A stretch of 64,000 nt of DNA from Eledone cirrhosa (lineage: Eukaryota), in the NCBI GenBank assembly GCA_964016885.1, contig OZ024742.1, forward strand, positions 220,472,001 through 220,536,000, in the 5' to 3' direction. Position 1 is the stretch's first letter, and every line of letters begins with the position of its first letter. Position numbers and translations under genes: made by a program. Below are positions 39,921-52,032 of this stretch, piece after piece. Below the pieces are notes generated by a model, which had not been told where the DNA came from, ran no database searches, and saw only the letters and a list, made by a program, of their open reading frames with translations.

Positions 39921-39960
39921 GCCCTTGAGAAGCCCTTTCGCGCGAAACGTACGTAGGTGC
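39921..39960 (+). ncRNA. Hammerhead ribozyme with a U3-A8 variant core in the 3' pLTR
   Basis: GCCC-TTGAGAA-GCCCTTTCGCGC-GAAA-CGTACG-TA-GG; palindromic helix III ACGTACGT. Confidence 0.7.
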
Positions 39961-40010
39961 TATTTTAAATAAACATGTTTTAACTGTTTGTTCTCCTTTA
40001 TATATTTCTC

Positions 40011-40063
<53 letters not shown>

Positions 40064-40076
40064 TGTACATGCTATC

Positions 40077-40505
40077 CAGGGCCTGATTTAGACCTTCGGC
40101 GCCCTAGGTGCTTTAAGTTAGGGGGGGGGCTTCCTAATACACAAAAATTAGAATACACAGCAAACCCCCAATTTCACATACCAAAGTTGGCTTAGTGCAA
40201 GTAATTGGAATTGAAAAAGTTATACATACAGGTATTTTGATGACTCCATGTAAGCAACATCAAATACTTTTTATTAGATTATTGTTCAAAAATGTATTAG
40301 ATTATTGTTCAGATGAAGTTTGCCATAGTAAGAGCATTAAATACTTAAGGTTTAAAATATAGTTCTTGTCAAAGGGATAAAACTAAAAAGCCCAGCAGAG
40401 AGCGCAAATAAATTACTATGGTCATCCCTGGTAGAACCCTCACCATGCTGTAGGGGACCTAGGATAATTGCCCCCTTCACCCCACCCACATTAAATCCAG
40501 CCCTG
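40077..40505. mobile_element. hAT-like MITE
   Basis: CAGGGCCTGATTTA / TAAATCCAGCCCTG imperfect TIRs; TSD degenerate. Confidence 0.6.
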
Positions 40506-42369
40506 ACACTATTGGATGGCCGTTGACTGCCATGAGTTCCTCTATCCTTTGTCGGGTTTTGTTTTTCATCCTGCAGGGTGTTCAAAAATCCCCCTCTTCA
40601 CCAAGTAAACTTGGTGGGGGTTGCCAATTTAGTTGCTGCCGACCTGGCCATATGATAGGTTGTACTGGGCAACATGTTACCGATAACACTCAGGAGTGAC
40701 CTAACTTCAGTTTACTTTCAAACAAATATGGCCTTAATTTTTCATAAAAAGGTTTATTCAACTGAATGCGATCAGAAAGAAGAATAACCAGTTATTTAAC
40801 AAACCTTATTGTTGTGACATTAATGTTAAAGATGTAAGTCATTATAAATGCAATTAGTAGTTTCCCATATCAAGAATGCTTCTGTTCACCTTGAACCTAT
40901 ATGTTGTTGTTTTTTTCTTTATAATTTATTTCAATCCTTCTTCACAATATTCAAGGTTATCACTAAAAACGTGACAATATTCCTTTATTTGAGTCAAGAC
41001 AATTCCAAGGATTCATAAATATATGAGTGCAAGTTGATATGTGCATATATATTATATATATATAGCTGTATGTAATGAGCGTATGTCTCTGTAATACAAG
41101 TGTGAGTATGATTATTCTGTGTGTGTGAGTGTGTGAGTATGTTGTATGTACATGTATGACAGCATGTATATATGAGTATGTTCTATGTACATGTGTGAGT
41201 GTGTGTGTATGAGTATATTCTATGAATATGTGTGAGTATGTGTGTGTTAGTATGCTGTATGTACACGTGTGAGTGTATGTTGTATGTACATGTGTAAGTG
41301 TATGTGTATGTAAGAGAGAGAGAGAGTATATTGTATGTATATGTGCCAACGTGTGTATATATTCATTCTAGGAAACTCAAGTAGGAAATCCCAGGGTCCT
41401 CATTGTACCAATTATTGATTCAATTTGGAGGATGCAAATTAGTTTGCTTTCTATATTCTTGGAAAACCTCAGCAATGTACATAATTCTATTTAGTGTTAC
41501 ATGATCCAGACCATCTATGATATGTACAAGGATTCATGAGATGTCAGTTCCACATAATTCACATTAATTTCACAACACCAGACATGGACATATACTTCCA
41601 CAGGGCAGCTTACTTCTACAACAGGGCATAACGTTTGTTCCTTGTCCTATAAAATAATATCTATCAGGTCGTTGTGTTTGCTTTGGACTGACGTTTTGAG
41701 GGGAGGGGTATGTTCTACCAATGTTACTTATTTTTAAAGGTGTGGATAAATTGCAATTCTAATGAGCCTTTGGTATGATCATAAAACCAACTCTTGTAAA
41801 TAGTTTTGACGATATCATATCTCATGGCAAGGTAGCACTGATTATGAGAGCAATATCTTTCACATTGGTATAGCACAAGCAGTGGTTTCTTTCAAAACTT
41901 GGCAGTTTGGAAATTGGTATAGCACAAGCAGTGGTTTCTTTCAAAACTTGGCAGTTTGGAAACATCCTTATTTTATCTCTACAATTGATGAAGTATTTAG
42001 TAACTAAATCCTGCTGCTGAGTGTATCTATTATAGATGCAAGAGGGTTACCATACCTATTATTGTTGTTATTATCTCCCAGCTAGGATATGGTTGCAAAA
42101 GTACAATAAAACTTTTTGACACTTAATAATAGACTGTGGAATTAAGAAATGAATTGAAAATGAATATAACATATGTTCTTTGTGATATTAAATGGCTGAA
42201 ATGTCTCTTTCACAATGTATTTGTTTCAGTTTCAACATCCAGTCTCAGATTAAGGCATGTGCCTAACAGGTACGAAATATATGCATGCATGTGTTTATAT
42301 GTATATATATTTATATATATCTTAGTAATATATATTGTTTGCTTAAACATTTAATCTGTGCTAATAATT

Positions 42370-42437
42370 GTTTCTACTTTAGGCACAAGGCCAGCAATTA
42401 CCCAGTGCATTACTGGTACTTTATTTTATCGACCCCG
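42370..42437 (-). mobile_element. SINE family A, 3' fragment
   Basis: TSD TAATCTGTGCTAATAAT on both sides. Confidence 0.85.
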
Positions 42438-42860
42438 TAATCTGTGCTAATAATAAACATTTAATATATATATATGTAAGAGAGTATTGAAGTTTGCTTG
42501 AAGCATTGTGGAATAATAAGATATATTTTCTTTTGGTCGTTTTGGAAGCCTCAACAATGCAGATGGGTAATTCTCCGAGTAACAAGATCCGGTGGTGAAG
42601 AAAGAGATGTAAGTGAATGTAGAATGAGATGTATAGTGTGTAGAAGAACGTAGGAAATAGCGTAAAAAATAAAAACAATAACACGAGATAGAGTTACCTT
42701 GGGAGAGATTCAATTGTCCCTATATTTCGGATTCACATCCATCAACTGGGGGGTTTCCAGGGGAGGGGGAAAGTTACCTGTCAGAGAGGAGCGATACGTG
42801 TCCTCTGCTGTTCGTTGTTTTGAATATATACATATATATATTTATATATATATATATATA

Positions 42861-44560
42861 TCATCATCATCACCGTTTTATATCCATTCTTCCAGGCTAG
42901 CATGGGTTAGGCGGGTTGTCCTGTTGTGGGCAGTGCCCAGTAGGCTGACCATGTCTTGCTCATACAGGAACTAATGCTGGCTTGATTTCTACAGCTGGAT
43001 GCCCTTCCTAACACCAACCTCATTTACAGTGAGTGCTGGGTGCTTTTTAACCGTGGCACCTGCACGTCCACTTTACAGTGTGGGCTGGGTGCTTTTTTGC
43101 CGTGGCACCGCCACGACCACTTTGCAGTAGAAGGGGGTGGGATTATATTGTCTATATGCTTCAGATTTTGCTTGTGTCCGTGTGGGGTCGGGTCTTCTGT
43201 ATTACTGTGTGACGCCAGAGGTCACGGTCCTGTGTCATCGCCTTTGAGAGGTGCAATTGGGTAAGGTCGACTTTTATCACCTCATCCCAGATCTTCTTCG
43301 GTTTCCCCACTCCGCGGCTTCCATTGACTTCTAGTGCTCTGCACCTTTTTATGCAGCTGTCATCCTTCATACGCATCACATGTCCATACCAACGCAACCT
43401 CCTCTCCTGCACACAGCATTCGATTCCTCTTATGCTCAGTCTCTCTCTCAATTCGTTCATGCTTTGCTGTTCCTGTATATTACTATTACACATCCATCGG
43501 AGCATGCAGGCTTCATTTCTTTCTAATCTACGCAAGTCTTCTACAGACAGCGCCCAGGTCTCACTACTATGTAACATTGCTGTTCGTATACACCCATCAT
43601 ACAGTCTGCCTTCCATTCTTATCCTAGTTATTGTACTTTCCGAACACACACCTCCGCTGCTTATTCGGCCACCTAGTTAACAGAAGCTGTCTACTATTTC
43701 TACAGAGCCCTCCCAGAGTTTGGCGGTGCTTGTTTCTGTGGCTGTTTGCTGCTTGCTGTCCCAGCACAGCTGCTACATGTGAAGCCTACATTCTTAGTTA
43801 ATCTTCCTGAGATCCCACTACATCTCTTGTGTACCCATTGTTTGCATTTGGGGCAGAGGATGGAGTTCCTACCTACACCTTTCCTACATACTGAGCAAGG
43901 CCATTTCCCTGAGGGGATCTGGATTCTGTTTTCTCGTCTACTTACAAGGACCTTAATCTTTGTCAGGTTGACTTTGAGACCCCTTCTATTTAGTTCCTGC
44001 TTCCATGTTTGGAATTTCTTCTCTAGTTCTACCATAGATTCAGCTATAAGTGCGAGGTCATCTGCATACAGGAGTTCCCATGGGCATCTGGTCTTAAACT
44101 CCTCCGTTATAGCCTGCAAAACTATGATGAAGAGGACAAGGCTAAGAACAGAGCACTGGTGGACACCGACTGCTTTCACAAGTCATTCATCTACTCCTAG
44201 TTTTCTAAGAGCCCACCAGATTATAGCACGGGGGACTCTGTCAAAGGCTTTCTCCAGATTGACGAATGCCAGGTAGAGTGGCTTACCTTTAGCTAGGTAC
44301 TTTTCCTGTAACTGCCTCACAAAGAAGAGGGCATCAGTGGTGTCTTTTCCTGGCACAAACCCAAATTGCATCTCATCTAGTTTCACCCGGTCCCTAATCA
44401 ACTGTGCTATAACTCTTTCTGTTACTTTCATGACCAGGTCCATCAGCTTTATACCTCTATAGTTTCCTCTATCTAGTGCCTCACCTTTCCCCTTGTAGCA
44501 GTTGACAATGATGCTGCTGCACCAATCCTTTGGGATGACACCTTCTAGTATTACCTGGTT
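42861..44560 (-). mobile_element. RTE LINE, 5'-truncated and decayed, with full 3' UTR
   Basis: QFGFVPGKDT; LLYADD; GKWPCSVC...CPKC..VHKRC; RLRWYGHV; (CAT)n tail at 42861. Confidence 0.95.
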
Positions 44561-44731
44561 ATATATATATATATAATACTCTACTATATATATAGTATAT
44601 ATATATATATATATATATACTATATATATATTATTAGTATTACCTGGTTATATATATATATACTCCATCATCATCATCATCATCATTTTACATCCGCTTT
44701 TCCCTGCTTGCAAGGGTTGGACGGCTCTACT

Positions 44732-44805
<74 letters not shown>

Positions 44806-44894
44806 TCTATATATATACTATATATATATATACTATATATATACTATACATACACTATATATATACTATATATATACTCTACTATATATATAAC

Positions 44895-45056
44895 AAAGAA
44901 GGTGTGGTAAGATACCAGGTGGACTATAACGCACCAGAGTACTCGATACTTAGGGTAGTAGAGTGGGTAATAGGAAAAGAGTTAGGACCCCGACGGCTGA
45001 GCTCCAGCCGTTTCGGCAGCTAGATCCGAATTATTAATTAAAAATAATAACAATAA

Positions 45057-45121
<65 letters not shown>

Positions 45122-45261
45122 CAAACAGCACCACCATCATCAATGTTTTATATCCAAAAAAGAACAATGATCCATTAGAAAATGGACAGCTAGATCCGAA
45201 CGGTTCGGATGTAGCTGTCGAAACGGCCGGAGTTCAGCTTTCGGGCTCCTGACCCTTTTCC

Positions 45262-45344
<83 letters not shown>

Positions 45345-45463
45345 CTCGGGTTCAATGGGGGGGGGGGGACCACAGTAAGTAAGGTACTCAATACATAGTA
45401 GATTAAATAATGTTTAGTATAGAAATGGCTTCTACAGGACTAGAACTGTTTCATTTGAAGGAA

Positions 45464-45498
<35 letters not shown>

Positions 45499-45891
45499 CG
45501 AAGGAATTGTGGTAAGGAACCAGATGGACCATAACGCACCAGAGTACTCTGGACAGAAATAGCCGTCGAAACGGCTTGAGCTCTGCCGTCGGGGTCATAC
45601 CTTTTCCTATTACCCACTCTACTACCCTAAGCATTGAGTACTCTGGTGCGTTATGGTCCATCTGTTTCCTTACCACAATTCCTTCGTTATTTAGCTCCTA
45701 TCTCCGTAGTAGAGCACTTTCCGACCCTACTACGCCATATGCCGACTTTTCCACCCAGCTCAAGTTTCTTCACCCGCACCATGCGAAAACACAACATCGA
45801 CTTCTCCACCAAGAACATCCCAGTTCATTATTGAGTCCAGAAATAGCCGTCGAAACGGCTTGAGCTCTGCCGTTGGGGTCATACCTTTTCC

Positions 45892-45922
<31 letters not shown>

Positions 45923-46158
45923 AGATCAAAAGAGGGTTAAAGGAGTTCCAAGTATTTTATTATGCGCATTTCAAAAACAAATATCATCATGGGATGATAT
46001 CTGCGTTTTCATCAGATAAAATAGGGATACATGATATGAAGCTTAAAAAACACTTGTGAATAGTGAAGTTTTAAATCAACATATACAGTCCTACAAACTG
46101 TAGAGTGCTACTTATCCGATATTTGCATAGCTTTATTGTGCTACAATAAAATTCACCT

Positions 46159-46207
<49 letters not shown>

Positions 46208-46399
46208 AAGGAAGTGTGGTAAGGAACCAGGTGGACCATAACGCACCAGAGTACTCAATACTTGGCGTAGTAGAGTGGGTAATAGGAAAATGTTCAAGAC
46301 CCCGATGGAAGAGCACGAGCCGTTTCGACGGCTATTTCTTGTCCATTCATCTACCCTTTGAAACGGCTTGAGCTCTGCCGTCGGGGTCTTGAACATTTT

Positions 46400-46401
<2 letters not shown>
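44895..46401. mobile_element. Cluster of short PLE pLTR fragments in both orientations (family E), including a Naiad ORF start
   Basis: Repeated GTGGTAAGGAACCAGxTGGACCATAACGCACCAGAGTACTC and GAAACGGCTTGAGCTCTGCCGTCGGGGTC; 'MRKHNIDFSTKNIP' at 45781 resembles the N-terminal (Y/F)SxKNIP motif of this PLE type; pieces separated by (TA)n. Confidence 0.75.
45953..46023 (-). ncRNA. Type I hammerhead ribozyme, canonical core
   Basis: Minus strand: TATTTTAT-CTGATGA-long stem II (GATATCATC/GATGATATT)-GAAA-TGCGCA-TA-ATAAAATA; perfect 8-bp helix I and palindromic helix III. Confidence 0.85.
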
Positions 46402-46459
<58 letters not shown>

Positions 46460-46592
46460 CAAAGGGATATTTAATTTGTTGCTGATTCAACAAATATATA
46501 TGTTTATAACTGATTCGAAGCACTCGACAAATTTTCTGGAGTATAATATCAATGATATTAATAAATGGAAACTATATTTATAAAACCATATT

Positions 46593-46653
46593 TATTCTAT
46601 TATATATATTTCAAGGGTATCAACACTTTGGTACGCTCTCGTCAGATAAAATA
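46593..46653 (-). ncRNA. Type I hammerhead ribozyme
   Basis: Minus strand: TATTTTAT-CTGACGA-stem II-GAAA-TATATA-TA-ATAGAATA; flanks related to the 16081 copy. Confidence 0.75.
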
Positions 46654-47548
46654 CAAAGTTTGTTTTATAAATATTGACATTTCCAGGAACGAGATCTTAA
46701 CAGTTCAAGTTTTACCTGGATAGTAAAATGGAAAAAGGGGAAGAGAGGAAAAAAACAAATATTTCAAATTATTAAGATGAATATGCAAATGAGGTTGAGG
46801 TATAGGGCTGAAAAAAAAAACGTTATTTTTAGATGCTAGGTAGACTTAAATAATTATTAGGATATATATATGTATAGGAAGAAGAAAGAGAAAGAAAGTA
46901 AAGCTTGTATTTACGTGAATTTAAAAAGATTGAAACGTTAAGAATTAACAGTTTGTTGGAGTGGTAGAATATGATTCCAGAATTTAAAAAATATTTAGCT
47001 AAATTATGAGTTATAATATATATATAATCAATTAGATTATATGAAGAATTATGGTTGTAAGTACATTTTATCTTATTATATTGCAACAGGTTGTAAGTAT
47101 ATAAATATTTATATAGATTAATAATTGTATAAATATAAGTATTATTGGTGATTATATAAATATAAAAAACACACCTATTAATTTGTTTACATTTCTAATA
47201 TGAGTTACGAAGGATGTTAATTTTACATTTTACATATATATTTAAGAAGAAAATAACGAAAACATCTCTATCATACAGAACATTAAATTTAAAAGGAACC
47301 AATTTATTGGCCAGGAGTACCTTAAAGTCCTCAAAAACAAAATAGTCAGTCTAGAAAAAACAAATAATTTATATGGTATGGAAAAGGACGAGTATAATGA
47401 CCTAATACTGAAGGAACTCAGGAAAAACTACAAAAGGACATGAAATGAAAATCTTTCAACCCTAAATAGAGAAGCTTCGGAAATTATTTATAAATTAGGC
47501 ATTCAAAATAAGACAGAACCCTTTATACCTAGAAAACCGAAGATTAAC

Positions 47549-49042
47549 TTGAAGGACCACAAAAGAAATTTTGAAGTAGAACTACCAGTCAGACTCATCG
47601 CACCATCTAAATCTGACTTAGGCATAATTAGCAAGCATATACTAGATAGAATTATACCACTAGTTCCTAGTAACAACAACTCCAGAAAATGTAACTGTAG
47701 AATTGAATCAAACTGCCCTTTACAAAACAATTGCCTAGACAAAAACTTAATTTATAAATGCACAGTAAAAACTAGAGACAAAATATTTAACTATATAGGT
47801 GCCACTTCTACAAAATTCAAAGAACGCTGGTACAACCACAAACATACATTTAATAGATCCGATAAAAAATCTTCCACTTCACTTTCACATGAGAGTCTGA
47901 CTCAGTTTGTGAATCAGTTCTCTTCAGTAAACGTTCTCCTGTTCATCCGCCCACTGTTCTTCGGTGCGAAGCTATTTGGTCTCACCAAGCCCAACGGGGA
48001 CCTGCGCCCCATTGCGGTTGGCTGCACTCTTCGCCGCCTCACTGCAAAGGCGTGTTTGCTGTTGGTCTCCGACTCACTGGTGGAGGAATTTTCCCCCATC
48101 CAGCTGGGGGTGGGTACCAGGTTGGGATGTGAGGCTGCTGTCCACGCTACCAGGGCATTTACCAACTTGCCCTCCTCGTCCCCCAAAGTCATCCTCAAAC
48201 TTGACCTCAAGAATGCATTCAACTCCGTCAGCCGCGATATCGTCCTCGGCTCAGTAAGAGAGAGGGTCCCACAACTCTACCACTTTGCTTGGCAGGCTTA
48301 TCGGGAGCCCTCCTACCTCTCTTTCGGTGACCAAATCATCACCTCTGCCTCAGGAGTCCAACAGGGTGACCCACTCGGGCCCGCTCTGTTTGCACTGGAC
48401 ATTGATGACATCACCAAGATGGGGGTTGAGTTGGACCTTAATGTCTGGTACCTCGACGACGCCTGTTTGGGAGTCACTCCGGATATAGTTCTCGCCACTG
48501 CCAACAAGATGGTTGAGAAGCTTGGTCGTCGGGGTCTCCAGATTAATAGCTCCAAATGTGAGCTCTGGATCCACAACCACCCGGCTTCTCAACACCAACA
48601 GCTAATCGACCTGTTTGCAGAGTCCTTCCCTTCCATCGCGGTCCCTCCCCCGTCAACTTGGTGCTCTTTAGGAGCCACAATCACAGACCTGGCCTTCGAA
48701 TCAATCTTCCAATCGAAGATGGTTGGCCTTGAGCAGCTGCTGAGGAATATCGAAGTTATCGAACCTCATCAAGGTTTCTTCATACTCAGGAACTACCTGT
48801 CTATTCCTAAGCTTCTGTATCTGCTCAGGGTCAGCCCTTCTCACAGATTTCCATCCTGCCTCCAACGCTTCGACGACCTAATCTTCGAGAGACTCGAGTG
48901 CCTGGTCAATGTTAGACTCTCTCCAGAGTCCCGCGATCAGGCTGCGTTGCCCGTTGATTTGGGGGTCTTGGTCTTCGTAAGTGTCCGTCCCTCTCTCTCC
49001 CCTGCTTCCTTTCCTCCATCCACGCTTGCTCCACTCTGGTGA
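47549..49042 (+). CDS. Chimeric open frame: PLE Zn-finger/GIY-YIG N-half fused in frame to a CRE reverse transcriptase
   Basis: 497 codons without a stop; junction ...KSSTSLS|HESLTQFVN...; then RPIAVG, KLDLKNAFNS, GVQQGDPLGP, WYLDD. Confidence 0.6.
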   Translation: MKDHKRNFEVELPVRLIAPSKSDLGIISKHILDRIIPLVPSNNNSRKCNCRIESNCPLQNNCLDKNLIYKCTVKTRDKIFNYIGATSTKFKERWYNHKHTFNRSDKKSSTSLSHESLTQFVNQFSSVNVLLFIRPLFFGAKLFGLTKPNGDLRPIAVGCTLRRLTAKACLLLVSDSLVEEFSPIQLGVGTRLGCEAAVHATRAFTNLPSSSPKVILKLDLKNAFNSVSRDIVLGSVRERVPQLYHFAWQAYREPSYLSFGDQIITSASGVQQGDPLGPALFALDIDDITKMGVELDLNVWYLDDACLGVTPDIVLATANKMVEKLGRRGLQINSSKCELWIHNHPASQHQQLIDLFAESFPSIAVPPPSTWCSLGATITDLAFESIFQSKMVGLEQLLRNIEVIEPHQGFFILRNYLSIPKLLYLLRVSPSHRFPSCLQRFDDLIFERLECLVNVRLSPESRDQAALPVDLGVLVFVSVRPSLSPASFPPSTLAPLW

Positions 49043-50180
49043 GCAGCATCCTCTCCAACATAGACTAGTTCCAACAAGGAGTTGGGTGAAGCTCTCCAGC
49101 AATGGAGTGAGTTGGGCTTGTCTATTCCTGAGAAGGTGGAGGACAGTCGAAGTCAGAGAATTTGGGACAGCATAAGTTCGAAGGCCACCTTCGACTCCTT
49201 CTTTGTCCAGTCAGATCAGTTTGCAAGGTGCCGGATACTATCTGCCAGCGCCAAATACTCAGGCGACAGTAGTACTGGTCAACGTTGGGGGCCTACTCAG
49301 CCTCGACGAACTTCGTGTCTTCATCGCCCTCAGAGTGGGAGCTGACGTCTGCATGGATTTGAGGTGCCGATGCGGCAAACTCCTCGACTCCACAGGCCTC
49401 CACGGTCTTTCTTGTCGCCTGAATGCCGGCCGCTTCGCGCGTCACACGGAGATAAACCTCATTCTGAAGAGAGCTTTGGCCCGGGCGAATATCCTCTCAG
49501 TCTTGGAACCATCTGGGTTGTCCAGAAGTGACGGCAAAAGACCTGACGGCCTTACCCTGTGCCCCTGGTCGAGAGGCAGGTGCCTTGTCTGGGACGTCAC
49601 TGTTAGTGACTTTTGCTCTTTCCCACATCCTGGATGCTGCGGTTAGGATGAAAGACACAGCTTCCGCAGCCGAGCAGAGCAAGACCTTCAAATACTCTGA
49701 TCTGTCGGCCAGCTACATTTTTCAGCCTGTGGCTTTCGAGACGTTTGGTGGAGTCGAGCCGCTGACAGCGAGGTTCATCTCTTCACTGGCGGCTCGCCTA
49801 ATAGAGGTAACTGGCGAATCTCGCGAGGCCGCTTGGCTGTTTCAGCGCATCAGCCTCGCCATCACTCGAGGCAACGCTGCGAGTGTGCTGGCTTGCCTCA
49901 AAAATCATTAGAGAGGTTGCCCGGTACTCCTCGCGACGTTGCTGTCTTTTGCTCTGGTGTTGGCTCCGTTGTTCACCCCTTCCTTTACATTTTCTTTAAT
50001 ATTGTAATATTAAAAGAATATATCTTTCTGGCGGAATCGCGAGCTATCTATAATGTTGTCTAAGCATTTGTAATGTTATTTATGTATATATTTATAACAT
50101 ATTTGTTATGTTATTCTATTGTAAATTTATTTATATGCTCTGTTTATATTTTCATTCTGAAAAAATTGCAAACGATTTGT
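47888..50180 (+). mobile_element. CRE-clade non-LTR retrotransposon 2, 5'-truncated
   Basis: RT motifs as above; CRCG...HGLSC; RHTEIN; KRPDG; LVWDVT; PVAFETFG; LFQRISLAITRGNA; GC-rich relative to its flanks. Confidence 0.9.
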
Positions 50181-51087
50181 AATGTTATTTGGAATTTAAA
50201 GGACAATAATATAGACTATTCAATATCTTGGGGATCGATTTCGAAAGCTCCCGCATACCGAAATATGGCTTTCTCAAGAATCTGTCATTTGTGTATCGAG
50301 GAAATTTTTTATATAAATTAACTGTCAAAATTCTATTAATTTAAAAACCGAAATATTTCATTCTTGCAGACATCGCCAAAGATCCACTTTCCGAAGTATT
50401 TTTAATGTATAATATTCATTACACTTGATTATATCTTATACACCTTTAAAATGATCCTGTTATTTACTGAGGTTTTTCTTTTTAAATTTAAAATTTTTTT
50501 AATGATCTTTCTTCTTAAATTTAGTATTTTTACCAATTGATATTCTTTTCCTAATGATACTCTTCTTAATCTATTTTTTAGATTTATATATATATCTTTT
50601 TAGATTGATACTTTTTAATTGATATTCTGAAAGATATCCTCTTTATGATAGTTCTTCTAAATGCACTCTTGACTTATCTAATGATACATTTTTCCTCTCC
50701 TTAATCTTCAATCTTTTCACACATCTTTCGAAGTAGATAATATATAATTGAAATTCTCATCCTTGAAAACATGTAATATAAAATACCTTATAATCTCACA
50801 CAAAATAATATATAATTTTCTCTACATACTTTCCACATTTTCTAAGAAAATTATTCATCTAATCTAATAGTTCAACAAACAATATTGGAGTTATCTTTTC
50901 CTTTGCACTCGAGCAAACAGACATGATAACTTGTAAGATAAATTATGTAATTTCGCTAAATTAACAATGTTCTGAAAATATTTTCAATGTTGGATGAAAA
51001 TATTTGGCACTACGACGGAATTGGCTGTCAGAAGTGAAAGTAGAAGAATGTGACGTCATTCGTCAACCTTCTCAATCGTCAAACCTT

Positions 51088-51991
51088 CGTTTATTTCCGT
51101 ATCACCACCCTCACCATGTGTAAATAAATAAACTTTGAAATCACCACATTGATGCATAGTCATAGTTATCAAATTAGAAACAAATGAAGTTCATAGGGCC
51201 GACACTACTGACTTTATTTGAAAAAAAAACAATTTAACGCGGGTAACATAACCTTGTTTTGTAATACTGGCAGAAATTGAAGAAAATTTTCCCCATTGAG
51301 ATTCTTAGCGGGTAAAAATTATTTATGGATGGTTGATACTCAGCTGCCAGCTGCCACGAACACAGAAAGAAAGGAATTAGTATATAAAGTCCTTGACGAT
51401 TGCTTGTGCTTTCGAAATATTTAAAATTCTCTATATAATTTCCTTTTTATCACGTCCGAAGCAGTAACGCTTCGAATATTTCAATAAATATTAATGAGTT
51501 ACTCCCGTTTTCGTTCTTTCTTTTTTTAATGTGGTAGAGGGTATAAGATTTGCCTGCTATTTCTAGCAACTTCAATGACCACATAATTGGTTTGTAATTT
51601 TGTTTTAAAGTGTAAGGGTTTACACAGCCATTTATGCCATTTATGAATTTCTAAGAGATACGTTTACGATGAGATACACATATTAAAAATACTTTCATTG
51701 CATAGTTCCGTTCGTAAAGGCTTTAATTTACTGTAATACTCGGGAACCTTTTAATAACATACAGGATTAAGTCCATGTTTTTTCAACCAATTAATGGTAT
51801 CTGCTGTAGTAGCGGGAGCGATGGAAATATCGCGATGATTAATTCCATTTACGCTGGGGTATAATGTAGAATTCATATTTTTCAAGTTGCAAATACGTGT
51901 ATTATCCTAAAGTGAAAAACCAAGTTTTGCATCAACGTGGTGATTTCAAAGTTTATTTATTTACACGTGGTGGTGATACGGAAATAAACGA
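51088..51991. mobile_element. Non-autonomous element with ~65-bp TIRs; superfamily unassigned
   Basis: TCGTTTATTTCCGTATCACCACC...GTGTAAATAAATAAACTTTGAAATCACCAC.TTGATGCA, mirrored at 51928-51991. Confidence 0.75.
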
Positions 51992-51996
51992 TTGTT

Positions 51997-52032
51997 TCTT
52001 CTGATGAAGGACTAGCGTCCGAAACGTTAAGA
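51997..52032 (+). ncRNA. Minimal type I hammerhead ribozyme
   Basis: TCTT-CTGATGA-A-GGAC(TAGC)GTCC-GAAACGT-T-AAGA; palindromic ACGT helix III. Confidence 0.85.

Larger units (their letters stand above)
38255..39996 (+). mobile_element. Naiad-type Penelope-like element, 5'-truncated, with an inverted 5' pLTR copy
   Basis: 38255-38340 is the reverse complement of 39912-39996; encloses the thumb/Zn/GIY-YIG ORF; (TA)n downstream. Confidence 0.9.
47355..50412 (+). mobile_element. Naiad-type PLE with an internal RT deletion, interrupted by a CRE element
   Basis: KTNNLYGMEKDEY...LKDHKRNF..VRLIAPSKSDLGIISK jumps to CNCRIESNCPLQNNC..YIGAT..TSLS; the nuclease resumes at ~50181 with NVIWNLK...CHLCIEE. 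Confidence 0.85.

Noticed and set aside
41864-41962. 49-bp exact tandem duplication
   Set aside because: Simple local duplication with no further structure
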